DNA of 64,000 bases, from NCBI GenBank assembly GCA_002269645.1, contig NIVC01000219.1:348262-412261 (forward strand), given 5' to 3'. A model generated the notes under the pieces. The model saw only the letters and a program-made list of their open reading frames with translations, did not search any database and was not told the DNA's origin. The translations under genes were made by a program, and so were the position numbers. Below, one piece after another: positions 11,541-23,444 of the stretch (positions are counted from its first letter, which is position 1; each line of letters opens with the position of its first letter). Source of the DNA: Macrostomum lignano (lineage: Eukaryota).

Positions 11541-12558
11541 TTACTAATAGGAGTAAGCCTTAGGTTGCTCCTGGTGGCGTGGTGTGTCCAAGTGGCAAGA
11601 CACTATATCTCTATTCAGTCTGAGTATTTAGAGGGGGGAGGAGAGTAAGGGCTTCGCAATGGATCAGAGTTTCCTGGGAAACTGGTGCACTAATGGGGAA
11701 TTTCTAATAACTAATAGGGTATGTTAGCATGAGTAGTCAGAGCATCTAATATCATATTAGGATTAGGTAAGAAGGCAGTATGCCTAATAGATATGGGAGA
11801 TTCCTATAGGGAAGGGTAGGGATGTTTGAGCAAGGATCAGACTAAGTCTGAGAGAATAAGGCTGTACACCTATGCAGACAAAATGTCTATAAAAAGGGAA
11901 AGGGAATGAAGGGGAAGTGCCTGTTCTTTTGGGAGAAAGGGTGGGGGTAAGCGATTGCTCAGGGCGGGACTGTACATCCTGGGAAGAGTAGGGAAGAGAA
12001 GTGCTGGGCACTCAAGGCTCCGCAGGAGAGGGAAGGCGGAATGCCTTTAAATGACTAAGACCAATTTGGATCTTTTTATAAAACAATGTTCAACTGAAGT
12101 CTAACTTTAGCAGACTATGGCGGAGGAACCAGCCAAGTCAAGTCAAGTCAAGTTAACCACTCCTTTGTTTATTTCTCTCACTTTTGTAGCATTACAAATA
12201 AAAATGGCATACGTATTAAAACTAATTAAAGATACTAAATTAGACTAAAGGCTACTAATGATACTATTTCTTACTATTAACAACACTAAAAACATATTTT
12301 TATTTAGGCACAAAGATCTTTAATTGAATAGAAAAAAAGTTGTAATTATAAGGCAGCATGCACAAAAATAATAGGCTAAGAATAATGGCTATTACAACTG
12401 GCCTTCTTGGCTTGAAAAATTGAATGAATGGTGAGTGAAAATTTTCAAAAATAGAGCAATATTCAAACAATACAAAAAAACAAAAGTGTAGATTATGGAA
12501 GCAAAAAATGTACCTAAATGTTTCACACCTGTAAAATAAATGTTTGTTGGTAGTGTTA

Positions 12559-13590
12559 CTACAGCATGTTAAACTTGCTTGGTAGCTGATGTTGGTGTGG
12601 CCAGCCGGACTCTTGGCCAAGCCAGTGAATTTTGAGGCCAAGGCTCTGTTCATTAAAACAACAAGAGCCATGGCGGAGGTCCGATAGCGTGTAATGCACA
12701 GCACGCCTCCAGGCAGCAACTGCGTGCATGGGCTGCAGCTGGCACAAATTGTTTAAAACCGGCCACAGAGTCTTGCGCTGAGGGAATTTGCGCCTGTCAG
12801 AGTCTACCAGCATGGATCAAATAAAGTTTGATAGCCATAATCATGCGGCGGAAGTCAGCATGCTGGACTTCTGGCAAGCTCTCGATGGCTTGTGTAAAAT
12901 TGGCACCAATCTCCTGTAGAGGCTGACTCTGCCTGACAAAACCAGCCATCAGAGGCAGTATACCAGAATCCAGCGGCTCCAGTTTGATCCGCAGAGCAGG
13001 GCGGGGATGTGGCTGGTTCATTGGCCTTACTCCGTAAGTTGGCGGCGGGGTTACTAGGGGTTTTGCAGGTGGCTGCTTCAGTGGGGAACAGGAGCGGGGT
13101 TGAGACTCCTGCTGTGATGATGGATGGGGTCCAAGTTGCTTGCGGATAGATGGCGGCGGGGCTTTGTCCGTGGTCAAGATGATAGCTGACTTGGCGTTGG
13201 GGGGTTGGTGCTGAAGGGCGGCTGGGAAGATGGCAACTGGTACATTGGCATGGCGCTTGAGCAGCTTAACTCACTCTTGGATAGATGGCGGCTGGACGTC
13301 TGGGGTGGATGACGGTGGGCAAGCGTCTAACGTAGGCAGTGGTGGGCGAGTGTCTAATGTAGGCGGTGGTGGGCGAACGTCTGAGGTGGACGGTGGCGGC
13401 AGACGGGTGACAACCAAAGCGATTCAGGGCTTTGGGCTGGGCTTACTTGGTCTTGTAGGCTGGCGCTTGGGGACAGGGAAGTTGTCGTCTGATTTTTTGT
13501 CAAATTCACTATCATTAGAATCACTGAGACGGAGGTCATCTTCGAGTTGTTTAAGACTCTCCTCAGAATACATGATCAGGAACTGATTAC
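12559..13590 (-). pseudogene. Degenerate additional ORF downstream of Gypsy pol (Pro-rich N-half, helical C-half), function unknown
   Basis: Overlapping ORF pieces 13586-13230 (with stops), 13177-12797 and 12813-12559 on the element's sense strand. No env-like TM segment seen. Confidence 0.4.
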
Positions 13591-13976
13591 TCAATCAGTA
13601 TCAGGGTTTTAAAAATCACTTGGATAGTAGAATTTTAAAAGTCGGGAAGTGGGAAAGATTTTAAAAAGCAGGAAACTTGTGATCTGATTGTGCAACAAGC
13701 TCAAATTTGCTTTTATTTACGGACTCTTGTTCACAGTTAGAGGGGATCCCTATGTTTTTGTAGCCTACCTCATTTTCTACATTCTTTGGGCTCTAGTTTC
13801 TTTGTCAATCGATAAATTAAAATCTTTTGTATATTGGCAAGGGTCTAGTCAAGGGCCTTCTTTGTCTAAAATTTGGGGTCAGTTGGGTGAATGGAGATAG
13901 CGAGGGAGGGGTAGAAAGGTGTAGACAGGCTAAAACTTGTAGTTGCGGAAGAGGTTTAGTGCTAATAGTAGTCTGT

Positions 13977-16900
13977 CTAGATGCAGTTGCAACGCTGTTT
14001 ATTTTGGGGTGGAGGCCTTAAATTGTAGGGGTGACAGTGCGGGGGTTCGGGATCTTGCGGGGCAGGAGAAGGGGGTTGGGGCTTAGGGATTTCTTCATTC
14101 GGGGCCTCACTCTTTGACTCATCGGTTGTTTCATTTTCTTCCTCTGTCTGGGCTTCATTCCATTCTTCTGACTGGGCTTCATTGTCTTCTCCTCCTACCT
14201 CTTTGTTTTCTGCTTTTCTAATTTGGCATTGCCAATTAATTCCTTCTTCATCGGATGATTCTTCAGATTCAACAGAGTTTAATTCTGGGGATTTCTGGCA
14301 GGGGTGGCCTTTCTCAATTGCAGGTTGTCTCTTAGGTTTAGTAGAGGCGGGGATTGGAGTGGGAGTGGGAATTGGAATGAGAACAGAATTAGGGGCGGAA
14401 TCAGGGGCAGGGGCTAAAATATGGGCATCTCGCTGGCCTTCCTTAATGATTTGTTTTGCAGTTGAATTTGGGACTGGAGTTAAGTTATCTTGATGCACAA
14501 GCATTTCTCTTCCTACTAGTTCTCCTTCTCCTTCCTTCTGGACTTTGAAAACTATGTCTGACAATTGTGCTAGAACTCTAAAGGTGGATCTCTTCTTTCT
14601 ATGGAACTTGTGGGATTCCTTGGCGTCTAATTGGGTATTGTTAATTAAAACAAGGCAACCTATGGGACTTTAGGGGGAAGTTTATTTGTTTCTGCAGCGG
14701 TCTGTCTTTTCTCAACCACTTTCTCCAACTTCTTCTTGACTACTTTGTGCACTTCTTCTAGTCTTTCAGCATGTTTAGTAATGTAGGCAGTGTAGTCAGC
14801 ATGTTTGGCTGCGTTTCTAATTTGGGTATCTAAGGGTCAAGTAACTTCTCTGCCAAATAATAGAAAATGTGGGGAGAATCCTGTTGTTGCATTGGGGCTG
14901 GTGCAAATGGCTACTAAGGCTGCGGGAATTAGTAAGTCCCAATCACCGTGATCCTTATTGATCAAGCAAGTGATAATTGATTTAATTTGCTTGTTGAAAC
15001 GTTTAACTAATCCGTTAGATTTGGGCATGGTATGGAGTAGTGAAAGTGTGGCGAATATTGTAAAGTTCATAGAAAGCTTTAAATTGTTTGCTGGCGAAAG
15101 TTTTTCCGTTGTCAGTATGAATCCAGGTGGGCTGCCCATATTCTGCTACTATTCATTCAAGTAGTATCTTAATAACTGTGTCTGACTTTTGGTTTCTAAC
15201 AGGAAAGGTGAAAGGGTATCTAGTTGTGCTGTCGACAACTGTTAGAACATATTTATGACCTCGCTTGCTTTCTTTGGATACTGGTTCGATAATATCAATG
15301 TGTAATTGGCTAAAGGCTTCGCCTATGGGGAAGGATTGAATTAGGGCTTGCACAAAGTGACCTTTCTTGCTCTCAAGGCAGGGAATGCACTCAGCTATTA
15401 GTTGCTCAATTGAGGTGCTTAATCTGGGTCACCAAAATCTATCTCTTATTCTCTGAATTGTTTTGTCTCGCCCTAGATGTCCTGCGAGGGGGCTGCAGTG
15501 TAAATCAGTGAAGACTGCTTTGTCTAGGGATGGGGGCAAAATAACTTTGTTCTTTCCGTCTTCAGATATGGTCAATAAATTATTGTCGGTTCTCATGGCT
15601 TGGAAATGTCTACTCATTTTCTCTGGCACATCCGGTGTTTTGGGGAATTGGCTCAGTTTCTGATTCTTGGCTTCTAGTAGAGCTCTAATGATAGGGTCAG
15701 CAGCGTGGGCTTCTTGAATCTGTTCTTTCTTCAGGGGGGCTGGAGAGATAATCAGTTAACAATTTCTCGCACTTTCCTGTCTCTTCTTTACTTTCCTCTA
15801 CCTTTTCTTCTACTCCTGAGACATTTAGCTTTGTCCAAAATTTGGGACATTCAGGCTAGGTCTCGCTTTCTGTCAGGGCTTCAGGTGACTGGGACATAGG
15901 GTTGTCCTTAGTTTTAGTAGGAGCACTCTCATTTCTCAGGGGAACAGGGGTCAACTTCTCCACTTTCTCAAGGATTGGCTCAGGGTTTTCAGGGATTGCT
16001 TCAGGGGCTTCAGGGATCGCTCCAGCAGGCTCAGGGGCTGCGTCAGGGATTTCAGAGGTTGCTTTAGCAAGTTCAGGGGATACTTCAGGGGCTTCAGCTA
16101 TCTCAGCTAGTCTTTGCCACAATCTGTCAGCATTAGAGTGCTTTGCGCCGCTTCTGTGTTCAATGTTGAATCTGAATTCATTTGGATGCTCTATCCATCT
16201 ACCTAAAATTCCGGTTGCTTCAGTCTGTCTCATGAGCCAAATTATTGCTTTATGGTCAGTTTGGGCTAAGAATTTCTTGCCAATCAGATAAAATCTGAAA
16301 TGCCTCATAGCATCGACAAGGGCTAACAATTCTTTTCGGGTAATGGGGTATCGCTTCTCAGACTCTTTCATTGCTCTACTAAAATAAGCTATTGGTTGCT
16401 CTATTCCATCACTTTGGATTTGGCCAAGACATGCGCCAATCCTGTCATCATTGGCATCTGTGTCGAGCACCATCTTCACATTCTCATCATCGACATATTC
16501 GGGGTATGCTACCAGGTAACATTTCAATGGATATCATTCACTGCTTTAGAGCTTCAAAGGCTTCATCATGCACTTTGCTCCATTTAGCTTGAAAATTTTG
16601 GACTCCTTTTCGAGTCAATTGGAATAGGGGGTGAGCCACTTCAGCATAATTTTTTACAAATCGGCAATAATAATTGCATAGGCCAAGAAAACCGCATAGT
16701 TCTTTTACATCTTTGGGATAGGGCCAAGTTCTGATAGCTTCTATTTTTGCTTCATCTGTTCTGATGCCTTTTCGGCCAATCACGTGTCCTAGATATTTTA
16801 GTTCCTGATAAAATAAATTGCACTTTTTGGGTCTCAACTTTAGACCTGTGGCAATTAGTCGCTTAAACACTTCTCTTAGATGATCTAGATGGTTGGCAAA

Positions 16901-18290
16901 AGATTAGGAATAAGTTATTATGACGTCTATATAAGACATGGCAAACTTGTGTTGAATTCCTAATAGGACTAAATTCATTAGATGTTGGAAAGTTCCAGGG
17001 GCATTAGAAAGTCCTTGGGCCATCACTTAGTATTCAAATTGGCCTCTATTTAGGGTGGAGAAGGCGGTTCTATGCTTATCTTCTTCTTTGATGGGGACTT
17101 GCCAGTATCCTGAATTCAAATCTAAACTGCTAAAATATTGGCTACCAGTTAAGTGGGAGAAAGTCTCTTGAATATTGGTGAGGGGGTAAGGCCTAGGGGT
17201 AGTAATTAACTCTTGAGTTGAGCACTCGGAAATCGCTAACAATTCTAATAGAACCATCTTTCTTGGGGACAATTATTAGGGGAGTGGAGTAGGTTGAATA
17301 GCAGGGTCTAATTAAATTTTTGGCTAAGATATCATCTAATTGGGCCTCAACTTGCTTTTGCAAGTGTGGAAGGATGCGTCTAGCTGGGATTCTAACGGGA
17401 GTGGGGTCTTTAATAGAGATTTCGTGGGTTACTAAGTGTGTCAGGCCCATGTCTAATTCATTCTGGGAGAAAGCTTCACGATTTTTTTTCATTAAGTCAA
17501 TGACTGCTTTTCGCTGTTCATCTGACAATTCAGGGCCAAAGCTCACTTCATTAATCCATGAATCTTCAGTACATTGGGTCTGGTTAACTTTCGCAGAGGG
17601 TTGGGGATTGGGAGACAGGGTTTTCCAATAGGTTAGGTCTTTAGCTTTCATGGGTCTGGCTAAGCCAATTAGGGAGGTTTTAGTTAGATTCACATCTATT
17701 GGGTGGCGATTAATTATCTCAACAATTCCTTTGCCTTCTTTCATAGTTACTAAAGTCGGAACCATTTCTAAAGATAAATCACGGGTTTGGACAATATTGC
17801 CAAAGGCTTCTATGGTCATGGGGATGCCATAATTCGATTCACAATTCTTGGCTAATTTTAGGGGTATTCAGAGGGCACTGTTGGCTGGGATGATTGCTAT
17901 TTCTTAAGTATAGACTCGGCAAACTTTCACGGGTAGGTGGGTATACTGCATGGGTATACAGGTACCTTCATTAAGCACTAGCATTCCTTTGGCTAGCTGA
18001 ATGCTTTCACATTGGGACAGGAAAAATTCCATACCTATGATATTATCGCAATCATGTCGGCATAGGAGCAAATCAATGTTTCTTTGGATATCGCCAAACT
18101 TTACTTGGGCGGATACTTCTCCTTCTAATTGGACTGGGGTACTGTCAAATGTACTAATGCTTTTGCTAGTGTATCGGATTTGATCCGCACGGAATATCTT
18201 AGACCAGGTTGAGCGGCTCAGGAAATTATTTCTAGCGCCTGTGTCTAGCAAGAAATCAATTGTTTCTTTCTGAATATCGCCGACAATTAT
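13977..18290 (-). pseudogene. pol: Gypsy pol (protease, RT, RNase H, integrase), disrupted
   Basis: PR LLDTGARNNFL (about 18250). RT YSTPLIIVPKKDGSIRIVSDFRVLN, FSSLDLNSGYWQV, catalytic motif mutated to YIDVII (about 16930), KCNLFYQELKYLGHVI. RNase H LDTDA..YFSR..ELLALVDAMRHFRFYL..TDHKA. Integrase HCSPLAGHLGRDKT, LHIDII, NGLVKRFN. Confidence 0.92.
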
Positions 18291-18299
18291 GGCTTCATA

Positions 18300-19815
18300 G
18301 CCTTCCAGCTTAGTCAGGTTGATTTGGGATGGGGAATTAGTTTTAGGCTTTTGTCGCTTCCTTGAGCAGTTTTTAGCACTGGATATGGCATCATTGGTTT
18401 CAATCGCATGGGATACATGGGGTGCAAGCGCAGTGGGTACATGGGGTATGGATGCATGATGTAAATGAGCTTTAGTCGCATTGGTTACATGAGAGGCACT
18501 GAGAGGCAGTCACATGAAGGGAATTGTACACATGGGGGTCATGGGGGCATTTGGCATGGCATCATTGGCATCATCAAAGGCAAGAAGTGAAAAATTATTG
18601 GGGGAGACAAATATCACATTATTTACAGGCATTGGCTATACATGGGAGGTTTTGCAGGGATAGGGTAAACTGTACTGGGGAGGTTGCCGGTATCTTGGCT
18701 GGGGAGGATTTCGAAATGATAGGGAGGCCGGAGAGTAAGCAAAATTTTAGCCTGAGGGGCGTGGCCTCTTATCTCAACCCTGGCTTCTCAGTTTCCCAAC
18801 TTCTGGGGGTCACGGGTATTATGGAACTTCAGCGGCTCATATCTTGGATTGGGGGGCTGACGCTCAGCATTCCTTCTTGGGGGTTCACGCCTTGGCAGTT
18901 GGTTCATCAGCTAAGGCCTGTACTGCTGCTGAGGTTGCAGCCTGTACTGCTGCTGGGGTGGCTGTCTGTACAGCTGGGGGTTTGGCTGCCTGTACTGCTA
19001 AGGGGGTAGCTGTCTGTACAGCTGTGGGTTTGGCTGCCTGTACTGCTGAGGGGGTGGCTGCCTGTACTGCTGCTAGGGGAATATTTGAGATGGCGGGGTG
19101 CATTGCGCTGTTTCGGCTAATTGCTTCTGCAGATTCTGGATGAGTCTCTCTTGATGGTCAATCTTAGTTTGCTGGTCAATGATCAATTGATCAGTTTGGA
19201 CCTTATGCTCCTCTTTCTCATCCTTTGTCACTCTGATTCCTCCTTTGTGGGACATTTGATAAGCTGCTTCAATTCTGCGCAGCATTCTGTGGGCAGCTTG
19301 GAGGTTGACAGGTTGAGCAAAGATTAGTCTGGGGATGTTCTCACACCTTTAATGAACTGCTCAACCAGTTCCTCTTCTCTCTGTTCAGCATCCATATTCA
19401 AGAATGCATAGGAGGCTAATTCAATCAGGGCATCAGCAAAGCTGTCAATGGACTCATTTCAACCTTGGCTTAGGTTTCGGAATTCTTCGCGAAATTCAGC
19501 GGAACTTCCTACTTTTCCAAATCTCTCTATCAGTTTCTCTTTGAACTCTTCATAGGGGAGATTCGCGGGGAGATTCAGACGTTAGACTGCTGCAAACGCA
19601 GTGGTTAAATCTAAATTAGTGAGCAGCTCCTGCTTTTGGTTTTCTTCTTTGATTCCTTCATTTTCATATCGCTAGTCAAATGCGGTGAGCTATACTCTAA
19701 TATCTTGGCTGGGGACATACTTCTGAATCTTTACATGCCTAAGGGGACCTAGTTCTAATCGATTATGGAGCTCTTTGGCTAAGAGTCCTAGGGCTTTGTT
19801 AATTCCTGCGGCCAT
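18300..19815 (-). pseudogene. gag: Gypsy gag (disrupted)
   Basis: ATG at 19815: MAAGINKALGLL..YEEFKEKLIERFGK..EFRNLSQG*NESIDSFADALIELASYAF..EELVEQFIKGV, a Retrotrans_gag-like pattern with in-frame stops. Followed by AVQ(A/T)ATP repeats at about 18900-19100. Confidence 0.8.
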
Positions 19816-19885
19816 TGTACTTCAGGGATAGGGGATGGGTCTGGGAAATTATACTGGGGTTTGAGTGCACGTTTCACCAGATTCT

Positions 19886-19906
19886 AATCCTTCACTGCTG
19901 CCACCA
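19886..19906 (-). other. Primer binding site complementary to tRNA-Leu 3' end
   Basis: Minus strand reads LTR end ..TAACA-AATT-TGGTGGCAGCAGTGAAGGATT. Plus strand AATCC..CACTGCTGCCACCA resembles the eukaryotic tRNA-Leu 3' end GAATCCCACCGCTGCCACCA. Confidence 0.75.
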
Positions 19907-19910
19907 AATT

Positions 19911-20122
19911 TGTTATAGGGGTCGTAGGGGAGGAAAGGTTATCCTATTGCTGACACCAAATTGTTGCAGGCCTCTTGGCTCTCTGGGGAATTATACTGCT
20001 GCTGTCTAATTTATTATAAGGGAGTTGGGGGTTACTGGCTTTTATTTTATTACTAACACAAGAATTATTTTGGGAATTTCTTAGGATTTAGGGAGAAATA
20101 CACAATTTCTAATCATATAACA
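19911..20122 (-). repeat. Gypsy 5' LTR (212 bp, possibly truncated)
   Basis: TGTTATA...TATAACA termini, AATAAA on the minus strand, adjacent PBS. Confidence 0.8.
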
Positions 20123-20124
20123 TT

Positions 20125-20510
20125 AGGTATCCCATTGGAACAAAATTCGCTTCTTCTGCAACCCTCTGTAGGACAAGGATTTGCCACTCTTGTAGTGAAT
20201 GACTATCAGGCAGAGTGTCCAGCTCTTCTTGCAGTTGTGGTTGAGTCAGCTAGCTTTTGGCTGCCATCAGGCAGGCATGCACATTCTCCACAGGATTGAG
20301 AAACTACAAGTAAGGAGGCAATGTCACCAGCCGCCAAGTGGGCTGAAATTGATCTGGGATTGTCACTCCATGATGAAAACGGGCTCCATCCATGATCACA
20401 CAGAACTCCTTGCCATCAGGTACATCATGACTCTTCACACTTTGCACCAGATCATTGATGAACTTCTGGAACCTAGATGCCATCATAGTCTCTCCAAGGA
20501 TCATATGATG
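20125..20510 (-). pseudogene. Tc1/IS630-like transposase DDE catalytic-domain fragment
   Basis: FCVIMDGARFHHGV..LVTLPPYL*FLNPVENVH..LQEWQILVLQRVAEEA. DxxxFH and LPPYSPxLNPIE are DDE_3 motifs. The C-terminal part resembles QWRLMVLQRC of the 6583 element. Confidence 0.85.
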
Positions 20511-21372
20511 TAAAAGACAAGCTAAAACAAGTTACGATGACAGTAAAATGTGCATTGAATGCATAGAATGATCAAATTCATGCCCCCAGGATTAAATTGA
20601 ACTCCGCTATGCTAATGAGTGTCAACCATAGAAAATTTTCAGTCTTGCAAGTCTGATTTTTGTATCTATGATTAAATTGAAAGCTTGCAGTACCAACTAG
20701 GCCACAAAAAGGAATAGGAATAGGCATTATAACTTAGATAAATAATAATTGCATATAAACAAGCAAAACTATTTTTATCTAATATACCTAGATATTCATT
20801 TGTCATAATTCATTTAATAATTCATTATGAATTCATTAGTAATTCATAATTCATTTGACTGGTAGCAATAAAAAGTTTTTTCTATGCATTTGTCAACCAA
20901 AGCTTATAGCTTTCAAGTAAAATTTATCAACTATTATATTTGTTACTAAAATGATATATATATAGAATTTGGGGGAAATAGCTTTTTTGATAAACAATAG
21001 AAAAGTAATGTTGCCAATGCATTTTGACAATTTTAATCATATTTGGGGCAGTTTATGAAGATGTTTACATAGTCAGTTATTTATATATGAAAACAACCTA
21101 CAGAAAATTACCCTGTCTTTCTAATTGGGTAGTCTAATTTTCTTTTTATGTATAAACAAAAATGCTCTTAAAATTGCAGTCACTAAATTAGAAACAATTA
21201 TAATTGTTAGATAAAACTTTAGAGGCCTAAGTCCAAATATATGTGGTGCTAAAGCAAAACCTAAACAATGTTGCTTCAGGCAGGCTAACTGGTATGAAGA
21301 ATTCAATGAAAGCTAGCATTTGCATTATACATTAGTTTAAACAATTGAACTCAATCCTCAGCTGTGCCACTC

Positions 21373-23325
21373 ATGTCAGATGAGTACACCAGCTTTGACT
21401 GGGTGGATAGAACCGACTCAGTTGATAACCAGCCTCAGCAGCAGCAGCAGCTTCGCAGCCTGGCAACCCCGGGTCTCGAACCTCCATCCCGTGGTCGACG
21501 CTTAGTTGAAGGCATTCAACGGCTATTCCGTCAGCAGCAGACTCCGTCCAATGCCGCATCGACAGACTCATTGGACTCGGGTAGTCAGGAAATGCAGAAG
21601 CAACAACAGCAAAGCTATTTGCACAGACAGAAGTACTGGATGCCTGACGAGAATTGCAATCAATGCTACGAATGCAATCAGAGGTTTGGCCTGTTCGTAC
21701 GCAGGCATCACTGCCGAGTCTGTGGCAGGATCTTCTGCGACAAGTGCAGCAGTTACTTGGTAGATGGTCGCTTTATCGGCGCTGCGTCTGGCAGCATGCA
21801 GCGAGCCTGCGCTTTCTGCGCCAAAAATATCAACGGCGATGACGACAATTGGCATCAGCAGCAACAGCAGCAGATGTTGCAGCAATCTCAGACTCAGCAG
21901 CAACAACAGCAGCAGCAGCTGATGTCTTCTAGTCAGATGTCGGGCATATCTGCTTCCGAATCTACCGGCTCTTTGACTAATATTGTCACTGGGGAGAGCG
22001 CAGCCTCTTCTATGACCAATATCGGGTCTTCTTCGTCGCCTTCGCTGCTGCCGGGGGCTCAGTCTTCTCTGGCATCCATGGCGTCAGTGAATACCGCTGG
22101 TCTGGTGGCTGCGACCGACACTGGCTCTCTGTTGTATACGGCATTCGATTCTCCAGTTAGTTGTGCACAATAATTCTTTTCCAAACCTATTACTGACCCT
22201 GTCTGATCACCTTTCACCAAACTGAAGAGAATCGCCCTTCACCAAGCTGTGAAGACAACCGCCTTCACCTAACTGTGAAGATAATCGCCTTCAGCAACCC
22301 AGGAAAGAATCGCCCATCACTAATCTCAGGAAAGAATCGCCCTTCACCAACCTCAATAAAGAATCACCCTTCACCAACCTCAGTAAAGAATCACCCTTCA
22401 CCAACCTCGTAAAGAATCGCCCTTCACCAACCTCAGTAAAGAATCGCCCTTCACCAACCTCCATGTCCATGAAGAATCGCCCTTCATTAACCTCAGCAAA
22501 GAATCACCCTTCACCAACCTCAGTAAAGAATCGCCCTTCACCAACCTCAATAAAGAATCACCCTTCACCAACCTCAGTAAAGAATCACCCTTCACCAACC
22601 TCGTAAAGAATCGCCCTTCACCAACCTCAGTAAAGAATCGCCCTTCACCAACCTCCATGTCCATGAAGAATCGCCCTTCATTAACCTCAGCAAAGAATCG
22701 CCCTTCACCAACCTCAGCAAAGAATCGCCTATCAATAACCCCCATCTAATTGCCGTCCCATCTTGCCACTCCGCAGGGCTCCCGCCTGCCCCAGCAGCCG
22801 CCATCGCTGAAGTTCATCCTGACGGTGTGGAACTCGGTCGTGTCGCCAAGCGACGGCATCAGCCTACAATGGCGCAAAGACTGCGGATCGTATTTCTTCG
22901 GCAAAGACCTGCTAGATTGGCTGCTGGTTGGCGGGCATTGCTACTCGCACGAGAATGCCCTGAACTGGGCGGCTGTGTTTCTGCAGCATCGATGCTTTGC
23001 ACCGGCGGTGCCTACTGCGGCGACTTCGACTGCCGGTTCCGTGTCTGCCACTGCCGCTTCTTTAACGGCTTCGACTTTATCAGACAGCTCTGCATCAACG
23101 AATCACGGGTTGTTTGGAGTCGGCGGAATTGAGTTTAGCGACACCATGTTGTATAGGGTGCTTCGGTGAGCTAAGCTATGTTAATTCCCTGTTATTTTCT
23201 CTGTCCTCTGTCTGTTTTGTTTGTACTTTTTCTGTAGAATCTGCTGTCTTTGTTCGTGTAGTCTGTATTGTCTGTCTGTACAATCTGCATTTTGTGTCTT
23301 TAATGTCTTTACAGACTACGTTGTT

Positions 23326-23370
<45 letters not shown>

Positions 23371-23413
23371 GCCTGCCTGTCTGTCTGTGTCTGTCTGTCT
23401 GTCTGCCTGTCTG

Positions 23414-23444
<31 letters not shown>

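Larger units (their letters stand above)
11340..20122 (-). mobile_element. Degenerate Gypsy/Ty3 LTR retrotransposon (gag, PR-RT-RH-IN, extra ORF)
   Basis: About 200-bp direct repeats at 11340-11540 and 19911-20110 (about 11 mismatches). PBS next to the right repeat. Gypsy domain order PR-RT-RH-IN. Many stops and frameshifts. No TSD found. Confidence 0.93.
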
